Shown here piece after piece: positions 7,004-12,295 of a DNA stretch of 12,295 nucleotides (positions are counted from its first letter, which is position 1; every line of letters begins with the position of its first letter). The stretch lies in IMG/VR virus record IMGVR_UViG_2529292729_000023. One strand, written 5' to 3'. The DNA comes from a virus (taxonomy: Duplodnaviria; Heunggongvirae; Uroviricota; Caudoviricetes). The notes beneath the pieces are model-generated. The model saw only the letters and a program-made list of their open reading frames with translations. It had not been told where the DNA came from and did not search any database. The position numbers and the translations under genes were made by a program.

Positions 7004-7399
7004 TCACAGCACCACCTCCTGAAAATTCCCCTGACAGAACGCCAGTACACGCTGCATAACTTCGCTATTTCGGCACTCACTGCAAATTATGTTCTGATGC
7101 CTGTCATAGCGGCGTATTTCTCCGTCTGGTAACTTTCGAATCAATGTCTGGTCGGTTGTTTTCTCCGCTGCCTTACGCCATACGCGATACACCTGTTCTG
7201 ATGCAAAAACACCGTATTTACCGGGCATGTATAAATCGCCACAAGCCAGTACATCCACAAGGCAACGTCTGACTGAATGCCAGCCTGCTCCCGTCGCTCT
7301 CTCCAGTTGTGATATCGTCATGCGTTCATTTTTGCGTACCAACCCGATAATTCGGGCCTTCAGTTCTTCACGCTGTTCGTGTGTAAAAGGTTTCGCCAT
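7004..7399 (-). CDS. hypothetical protein (131 aa), possible winged-helix N-terminus
   Basis: Track ORF 7004..7414 begins at TTG; ATG 7399 has GGAGG 5 nt upstream. Product MAKPFTHEQREELKARIIGLVRKNERMTISQLERATG... Confidence 0.6.
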   Translation of the reverse strand: MAKPFTHEQREELKARIIGLVRKNERMTISQLERATGAGWHSVRRCLVDVLACGDLYMPGKYGVFASEQVYRVWRKAAEKTTDQTLIRKLPDGEIRRYDRHQNIICSECRNSEVMQRVLAFCQGNFQEVVL

Positions 7400-7414
7400 A
7401 AGCGCCTCCGGCAA

Positions 7415-8185
7415 TCACTTTTCCGACACAATACGACCGGATGAATCGACAATCTGCCGAACAATATCCCGGTGCTTGTTCAGTTCCCGCAGCGCGGCGC
7501 AGACACGCTCCCACTTCTGAACCTGACCTTTTGCCCGGCGCAGCTCGCGGTTAGCCACATGCAGCGATGGTAAAATCAGCCCATCCGGATGCTTTCTGGT
7601 GAACAACGGCTGTGACTGCACTGTGACCGCCACACTTTCAGTTTTTATTTCTTCCTGTGTCGTCGTTTCCTGGACTGGTAACGCAACACCTGTTGGCTGA
7701 GGAAAGGCTTTACCATCGGTTTCCGCTACGGATGCAGCTTCCGGCTCTGCCGGTAAATCAGCGCCCGGTATGCAGTAACGAAATTTACCGTTCTGATTTA
7801 CGCGTGCCAGGCGCCCCGTTGCTGTTACGACCGCCAACGTGGAAGCAACCTTGCGAATGCTAACACCGAACTTATCCGCCAGTTCCTCACACGTTTTAGC
7901 CCCATCCTGACAGATAAACTCAATCATCATGTCCGCGGTAACTTTTTGTTCGACCTCCCCGGTCAGCACATCCGGTACTTCAGACTGTGCTGGCTGCTCT
8001 TCGGTTACCCCGGATTCACCTTCACCAGCCAGAAACCAGGTGTGACCCGTTTTATCAACAACGCCATTTTTTTTGAGTTCCCACAGTTCGTTGAGAACTT
8101 CTTCACGGCTGATATCAAGCCGCGCCGCCAGTTCAACAGAATTGGCTTTACCCATCGCTTTCAGTGCATGCAATACGGTTTCCAT
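7415..8185 (-). CDS. hypothetical prophage early-region protein (256 aa) with two winged-helix-like segments
   Basis: Track ORF; GGAGG 8 nt upstream of ATG 8185. Two similar segments: [37 protein letters not shown] and [42 protein letters not shown]. Confidence 0.65.
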   Translation of the reverse strand: METVLHALKAMGKANSVELAARLDISREEVLNELWELKKNGVVDKTGHTWFLAGEGESGVTEEQPAQSEVPDVLTGEVEQKVTADMMIEFICQDGAKTCEELADKFGVSIRKVASTLAVVTATGRLARVNQNGKFRYCIPGADLPAEPEAASVAETDGKAFPQPTGVALPVQETTTQEEIKTESVAVTVQSQPLFTRKHPDGLILPSLHVANRELRRAKGQVQKWERVCAALRELNKHRDIVRQIVDSSGRIVSEK

Positions 8186-8214
8186 TAAAACTTCCTCCGG
8201 ATAAAAATTACTTC

Positions 8215-8955
8215 TCAGTTCCTGTGCTGGCTGACGTTCGGACGCCAGCTCTCCCAGTTAAACGTCACCCAGCGACCACCGTTCATGGACATGCGGTCCA
8301 TCACCCGCTCGCCGAGAAGTGTATTCATCGCTGCATGGTTAAGATTTGTCAGCATCCCCACACTGAGTAACGATGCCGTTCTGCGGTCAACAATCTGATT
8401 CAGCGTGACCTGCTCATTACGCGTATCCCGTTGCATGCCAATTTCATCCAGTACCAGCAGGTCAACGCCACACAATCCCTGCAAAAATTTTTCGCCCGAG
8501 TTTTTGTTGTCGTAGCTGCCATGTAACGCCAGCATCACATCCGCCACTGTTATCACAATCACACTGCGACCTTTCGCCAGAAGGTGGTTGCCAATAGCCG
8601 CCGCCAGGTGGTTTTTTCCTGTGCCAGGCCGGCCACTGAACACAAAATTCGTACAGCCGCCTTCCAGCTCTGCCGCAATGGATTTCGCCTGACTCAGGGC
8701 ATGGCGCTGACCATCGTTCTGCACCCGGTAGTTACCGAACGTACACTTCCGGTGAAGCGGCTGGATACCGGAGCGGTTAATGATTTTTTCAACCCGCGTC
8801 TGATGATTCAGACGATTAACCTCCTCGCTTCGCTTACGCCCTTCAGCAAGCTGCCATTCCCGCCACTCCGTCACCGTACGGTACGGAGGGATTGCATCCT
8901 GCGGCACAAATCTGCTGACTCTTGCCAGAACACCACCTGACGTAATGTTTTTCAT
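8215..8955 (-). CDS. DnaC/IstB-like AAA+ helicase-loader (246 aa)
   Basis: Walker A-like [15 protein letters not shown] and Walker B LLVLDEIG; positioned directly downstream of the O-like initiator, as in lambdoid replication modules. Confidence 0.8.
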   Translation of the reverse strand: MKNITSGGVLARVSRFVPQDAIPPYRTVTEWREWQLAEGRKRSEEVNRLNHQTRVEKIINRSGIQPLHRKCTFGNYRVQNDGQRHALSQAKSIAAELEGGCTNFVFSGRPGTGKNHLAAAIGNHLLAKGRSVIVITVADVMLALHGSYDNKNSGEKFLQGLCGVDLLVLDEIGMQRDTRNEQVTLNQIVDRRTASLLSVGMLTNLNHAAMNTLLGERVMDRMSMNGGRWVTFNWESWRPNVSQHRN

Positions 8956-8961
8956 GATGCG

Positions 8962-9939
8962 CTACCCCCTGAAACCCGGCGGAATTTCGGTATCCGGTTC
9001 AGAAATATGATTCACGCAACGCTGCGCGGGACCACGCCACAGTCGAATAACCAGTTCATCCCATTTCTCACGGAGTTTTTCCGGGCTCTTGATGTTTTTT
9101 ATCCAGAACGGATCCCGTTGTGCCCGGCTGAACATTTCGCAAATTTGTCTGTGACTTCTTCCATCCAGCATCCGCATTGTGCGCACGTCATTGGCCCACG
9201 CCGTCCAGTTGGGCTCTTTCGGTCGCGTGATCTCACCATCGTCACTGGCAGCCTGTTCGTACAGGTTTACAACCCGCCCCCAGATCCACTGCGCACATGT
9301 CAAATCCTCCCGGGTTCCCCACTGGCGTTTTTTCACGCTGAACACAACAGCATCAGGATGGCGGGTTAAAAACGCCTGTTCAGCCGTCAACTCGTCCGGT
9401 TGCGAAGCGTCCGGACAAGAGAGTTTTTTATTCTCTGTTGTATTCTCTGTTGTATTCTCTGTTGTATTCTCTGTAGGATCATCGGGCCATTTTGACCTGA
9501 TGACATTGGGCCGTTTTGAACCAATGGAACGTTTCATTTTGACCTCTTCCATCGTGTCATTTTGACCTGATGGAGTGGCGCATTTTGACCCGATGGATTC
9601 GTTCACTTTGCCATCATCTAAAAGCGCGCTATCGTAGTTAATTGTGTAAAAATTAGTCATATCACGCTTCGATTTATTGAGCTTTTCGCTACGCAAAAGC
9701 CCCAGCGCTTTCAGACTTGCAAACGCACGCTTTAACGTTGACTCTGACCAGAACGGAAACTGTTCCAGCCATTGTTCCGTTGTGTTGTAAATCCAGCGAA
9801 CGCCATCACATTCCATGCCGGAACTGGTATCCCTCAACCAGTAATGCAGTTGCTGCAACACAATGGCTTCGTTTAAACCAATCTTCATCGCCAGCTGTGT
9901 GTTTATAACCAGCGGGCGTTCAGCAAAAAGAAGGCTCAT
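8962..9939 (-). CDS. phage replication initiator, O-like (about 325 aa)
   Basis: Track ORF 8962..9981 starts at GTG 9981; first ATG is 9939 (MSLLFAERPLVINTQLAMKIGLNEAIVLQQLHYW...). Two families of direct repeats lie inside the coding sequence, as for the lambda origin inside gene O. Confidence 0.75.
   Translation of the reverse strand: MSLLFAERPLVINTQLAMKIGLNEAIVLQQLHYWLRDTSSGMECDGVRWIYNTTEQWLEQFPFWSESTLKRAFASLKALGLLRSEKLNKSKRDMTNFYTINYDSALLDDGKVNESIGSKCATPSGQNDTMEEVKMKRSIGSKRPNVIRSKWPDDPTENTTENTTENTTENKKLSCPDASQPDELTAEQAFLTRHPDAVVFSVKKRQWGTREDLTCAQWIWGRVVNLYEQAASDDGEITRPKEPNWTAWANDVRTMRMLDGRSHRQICEMFSRAQRDPFWIKNIKSPEKLREKWDELVIRLWRGPAQRCVNHISEPDTEIPPGFRG
9431..9474. repeat. tandem 12-bp repeat TTCTCTGTTGTA, about 3.7 copies, in frame (encodes TENT repeats)
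   Basis: Read directly: units at 9431-9442, 9443-9454, 9455-9466, partial 9467-9474. Translates on the minus strand as TENTTENTTENTTEN. Confidence 0.85.
9488..9612. repeat. six iteron-like direct repeats, core CATTTTGACC, 23-24 bp period; candidate replication origin
   Basis: Cores at 9488, 9512 (CGTTTTGAACC), 9535, 9558, 9581, 9604 (CACTTTGCC). Followed by an AT-rich stretch at 9619-9660. Confidence 0.65.
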
Positions 9940-10441
9940 AATTCCATCCGGCTTTTTGTTGGTACTGGTGACGATAGGCACGCTTGAAAGCGATTGCTTT
10001 TTCTATAAGCTCGTCTGTCTCACGTTCCACAACAGCTGGATCTGCAAAAAGCAGCCCGGACTCCACCACATCGCCATATTCTTTGTTTAACCCGGCAATC
10101 ATGTACGTAATGCTTTTTCCGTCAGTAATTTCGCGGTACAACCTGAAATCACTAATCCGGATAGCCTCCATAATTGCCGGAATCAGCGCCGTGAATTTTT
10201 CACGCTTATCCCTGGTGTCGATAGCCTTCCAGCGTTCGAATATCTTCACCCGGTTAACGCCAAGCGCACGCTGATCAACCCCGCCATCATCAAGCGTGAC
10301 ACGCTGAACATCGATGTTCGGGCGTTCCTGTAGAGCCCAGAAGGCTTCAGTAATTAATATCGTCGCCTGCTCCTGCGTCATTCCTGGTCTGCATACCCAG
10401 GCATCCAGAGCCTCGCAAACCTGTTCAGGTGTGATTTTCAT
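9920..10441 (-). CDS. YdaT-like protein in the CII-equivalent position (173 aa)
   Basis: Track ORF; second gene of the leftward early operon. Product MKITPEQVCEALDAWV...KFTALIPAIMEAI... resembles YdaT-type prophage proteins as I recall them. Confidence 0.6.
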   Translation of the reverse strand: MKITPEQVCEALDAWVCRPGMTQEQATILITEAFWALQERPNIDVQRVTLDDGGVDQRALGVNRVKIFERWKAIDTRDKREKFTALIPAIMEAIRISDFRLYREITDGKSITYMIAGLNKEYGDVVESGLLFADPAVVERETDELIEKAIAFKRAYRHQYQQKAGWNYEPSFC

Positions 10442-10703
10442 TGTTCACCGCCAGTAATTCATTCGCTGTACTCTTACGTCCACAAGGCAGGCCATCGGTT
10501 GGGTTAGGGTAAATATCTGGTCGGAGCTCGTGGGGGGTGACAGTCCACGCCATAATCTCACATAGTTGTAAAACCCTTGATGCAGGGACCTGTTGCCCAT
10601 TAACCCATCGACATACAACCTGCTGTGGCAACCCAATCAAGCGAGCAACACCCGCTTGGGATAACCCTATTTGGCGAATTTTATTTTTTAAACATTTATG
10701 CAT
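10425..10703 (-). CDS. Cro-like HTH regulator (YdaS-like), 92 aa
   Basis: Track ORF 10425..10739 starts at GTG; ATG 10703 has GGAG 8 nt upstream. HTH segment LSQAGVARLIGLPQQVVCRW. Divergent from the repressor gene. Confidence 0.65.
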   Translation of the reverse strand: MHKCLKNKIRQIGLSQAGVARLIGLPQQVVCRWVNGQQVPASRVLQLCEIMAWTVTPHELRPDIYPNPTDGLPCGRKSTANELLAVNNENHT

Positions 10704-10730
10704 ATCGCTAACTCCAATCAATCGACACCA

Positions 10731-10804
10731 CTTATACACTTTAAAAGTTACACTATCAACACTTTCAAGCTGATTGTGCTGGCTACACTTTTTTTGTGTA
10801 AAAT
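10731..10804. promoter_or_regulatory. divergent promoter-operator region of the immunity switch
   Basis: Three ACACTTT-containing sites (10736, 10759, 10785) fitting CACTT-N4-AAGTG half-site symmetry. Leftward promoter on the minus strand: -35 TTGATA (10754-10759), 17-bp spacer, -10 TATAAG (10731-10736). Rightward -10 TAAAAT (10799-10804) ends 7 nt before the repressor ATG. Confidence 0.45.
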
Positions 10805-10810
10805 GAATGC

Positions 10811-11218
10811 ATGAAGCGAATGACCACTCTTGAAATAACCACGTACCGGATAAAACTGGTGCTGGAAAAAACAGGGCTTAAGCAAGCAGAACTAGCCCGC
10901 AGAATAGGTGTTGCCCAACAATCGGTCCAAAAGTGGGTTCATGGCATCACAAGCCCATCAATGGCTAATCTTGATAAACTTTCTGAAGTAACAGGATTCC
11001 CTCCATATTGGTTTATGTTGCCACCAAGTGAGGACGAACAGATTGTGGTACCTGACACAATGAAAATAGGTCCGAAGCAAAGAGAGCTACTTCAGACATT
11101 TGGTGCATTCCCAGAGGAAGAACAGGGACAAATGCTTCAGGAGATGAAAGACAAAAAAGAGTTAATGGAGCGCACAATTGAAAGATGGCTCGCTGCCCGG
11201 AAAGGGCATCGAGCATAA
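10811..11218 (+). CDS. XRE-family HTH repressor (CI-like / PaaR-like), 135 aa, no S24 peptidase domain
   Basis: HTH GLKQAELARRIGVAQQSVQKWVHG; divergent from the Cro-like gene; no Ala-Gly / Ser-Lys autocleavage module in the C-terminal half. Confidence 0.8.
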   Translation: MKRMTTLEITTYRIKLVLEKTGLKQAELARRIGVAQQSVQKWVHGITSPSMANLDKLSEVTGFPPYWFMLPPSEDEQIVVPDTMKIGPKQRELLQTFGAFPEEEQGQMLQEMKDKKELMERTIERWLAARKGHRA

Positions 11219-11247
11219 TGACCACCATACACAGACGGAGGTGTGCC

Positions 11248-11436
11248 ATGAATACGGCCCTTTCACCAATGGTTTCTGAGTTCGAAACCATTGAACAAGA
11301 AAACAGTTACAACGAATGGCTGCGTGCGAAAGTAGCAGCGAGCCTTGCAAATCCGCGCCCAGCAATTCCCCATGACGAGGTTGAGCGCAGAATGGCAGAA
11401 CGCTTTGCTAAAATGCGCAAGGAACGGAGTAAGTAG
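11248..11436 (+). CDS. antitoxin partner of ParE (PaaA-like), 62 aa
   Basis: Track ORF 11185..11436 trimmed to ATG 11248 (GGAGG 6 nt upstream). Stop lies 3 nt before the toxin ATG. Product MNTALSPMVSEFETIEQENSYNEWLRAKVAASLANPRPAIPHDEVERRMAERFAKMRKERSK. Confidence 0.65.
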   Translation: MNTALSPMVSEFETIEQENSYNEWLRAKVAASLANPRPAIPHDEVERRMAERFAKMRKERSK

Positions 11437-11439
11437 TAA

Positions 11440-11727
11440 ATGTTACCCGTGTTATGGCTTGAAAGCGCAGATACCGACCTAGATGATATAACTAGTTATA
11501 TTGCTCGTTTCGACATAGATGCGGCAGAACGCTTATGGCAGCGATTAAGGGGGTGTGTGCTGCCGTTATCCGAACACCCGTATTTATACCCACCAAGCGA
11601 CAGAGTACCTGGCTTGCGTGAGATTGTAGCTCACCCTAACTATATAATTCTTTACCGTGTAGCCACTTTAAGCATTGAGATCGTGAGTGTAGTACACGCC
11701 AGACGCCAATTCCCCAAGCAGAACTAA
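11440..11727 (+). CDS. parE: ParE/RelE-family type II toxin (95 aa)
   Basis: Product MLPVLWLESADTDLDDITSYIARFDIDAAERLWQRLRG...PGLREIVAHPNYIILYRVATLSIEIVSVVHARRQF follows the ParE-family pattern. Confidence 0.8.
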   Translation: MLPVLWLESADTDLDDITSYIARFDIDAAERLWQRLRGCVLPLSEHPYLYPPSDRVPGLREIVAHPNYIILYRVATLSIEIVSVVHARRQFPKQN

Positions 11728-11739
11728 CCCTTTCACAGG

Positions 11740-11767
11740 GCCGTCTCATCTCGAGGCGGTTTTTGTT
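11740..11767 (+). terminator. rho-independent terminator after the repressor-antitoxin-toxin operon
   Basis: Stem CCGTCTC (11741-11747) pairs with GAGGCGG (11753-11759) including one G-U pair; 5-nt loop; then TTTTTGTT. Confidence 0.6.
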
Positions 11768-11778
11768 GCTCACAACCT

Positions 11779-11814
11779 AACTTTATAAGTGTTGACATAA
11801 TAACTTTAAAAGTG
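11779..11814. promoter_or_regulatory. second operator-like cluster with a -35-like TTGACA
   Basis: AACTTTATAAGTG (11779-11791) and AACTTTAAAAGTG (11802-11814), 23 bp apart, flank TTGACA (11792-11797). Same CACTT-N4-AAGTG-type motif as at 10736. No convincing -10 hexamer seen. Confidence 0.35.
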
Positions 11815-11998
11815 CATCCTTGTTTCACCAACCCACCCCATTCAACAGAACGCAGGGCAATACTTCGAGTTACCCGGCAGTGGTCAGGGGTTAAGTAGCC
11901 AGCCCGAGGCGTATGAACATGACGGCGGGAACACTTTGTATAACAGCGCAGCAGGTTTTTAGTTCCGCGACCCGGCGTTAAGGGTAAATGAGGTCAAC

Positions 11999-12151
11999 AT
12001 GGATACTATCGATCTTGGCAACAACGAATCTCTGGTATGTGGCGTGTTTCCCAATCAGGACGGCACATTCACCGCCATGACGTATACCAAAAGCAAATCG
12101 TTTAAAACCGAAGCTGGCGCGCATCGCTGGTTAGCAAGAAACTCCGACTAA
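11999..12151 (+). CDS. small hypothetical protein (50 aa)
   Basis: ATG 11999 with GAGG 5 nt upstream; product MDTIDLGNNESLVCGVFPNQDGTFTAMTYTKSKSFKTEAGAHRWLARNSD. Below the ORF-track size cutoff. Confidence 0.5.
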   Translation: MDTIDLGNNESLVCGVFPNQDGTFTAMTYTKSKSFKTEAGAHRWLARNSD

Positions 12152-12162
12152 TGAGGTTGACG

Positions 12163-12295
12163 ATGGAATTTAAAGATTTACCTCCTTCAATCCAGGAGAT
12201 TGCAGCACACACACTTCGTCATCGTCTGAACGAACTTGAATTGGAATCGGTAACGAAAAAAGACACTGATAATATGGCTCGTAATGTGCGCGATA
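12163..12295 (+). CDS. hypothetical protein, 5' part only (runs off the right edge)
   Basis: ATG 12163 with GAGG 6 nt upstream; MEFKDLPPSIQEIAAHTLRHRLNELELESVTKKDTDNMARNVRD... continues beyond the window. Confidence 0.45.
   Translation, partial: MEFKDLPPSIQEIAAHTLRHRLNELELESVTKKDTDNMARNVRD

Noticed and set aside
6607-8370. Plus-strand ORFs 6607..6870, 7227..7520, 7657..7863, 7946..8188, 8164..8370 and minus-strand 6703..6888
   Set aside because: These are shadow ORFs overlapping better-supported minus-strand genes. Several are Pro/Arg-rich, as expected from antisense reading of coding sequence.
9431-9474. Tandem 12-bp repeats as a possible CRISPR array
   Set aside because: Units are 12 bp, contiguous with no spacers, in frame within a coding sequence, and adjacent to origin-type iterons.
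8584-10274. Plus-strand ORFs 8584..8940, 9007..9369, 9179..9565, 9717..9908, 9863..10090, 9984..10274
   Set aside because: They are antisense to the DnaC-like, O-like and YdaT-like genes. The 9179..9565 ORF merely reads the iteron repeats in another frame.
10445-10773. ORFs 10445..10636 (-) and 10537..10773 (+)
   Set aside because: They overlap the Cro-like gene in alternative frames or antisense and run into the promoter-operator region.
11013-11365. Minus-strand ORFs 11013..11291 and 11162..11365
   Set aside because: They are antisense to the repressor and antitoxin genes.
11792-11820. Complete sigma-70 promoter at TTGACA 11792-11797
   Set aside because: The -35-like hexamer is clear, but no acceptable -10 hexamer sits at 16-18 bp spacing (CATCCT at 17 bp). 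Kept only as a low-confidence regulatory region.

Overview
This window reads as a lambdoid-type enterobacterial prophage segment, with most genes on the minus strand. From right to left it holds: (1) an immunity switch, with a short HTH repressor (10811..11218, +) co-transcribed with a ParE-family toxin-antitoxin pair, divergent from a Cro-like gene and a YdaT-like gene; (2) a replication module, with an O-like initiator carrying in-gene iterons and a DnaC-like loader; (3) a run of small uncharacterised genes, a DUF551 gene and two small membrane peptides; (4) a Type II restriction-modification module whose C5-cytosine methyltransferase is intact but whose endonuclease gene is split by a complete 1,329-bp IS10 flanked by a 9-bp target duplication; (5) an intrinsic terminator and two further leftward genes, the last running off the left edge. 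The IS10-disrupted restriction gene and the toxin-antitoxin pair wired into the immunity operon are the most interesting points. I found no rRNA, tRNA or CRISPR array. All calls come from reading the sequence and the ORF track; family assignments rest on motifs recalled from memory and need database confirmation.
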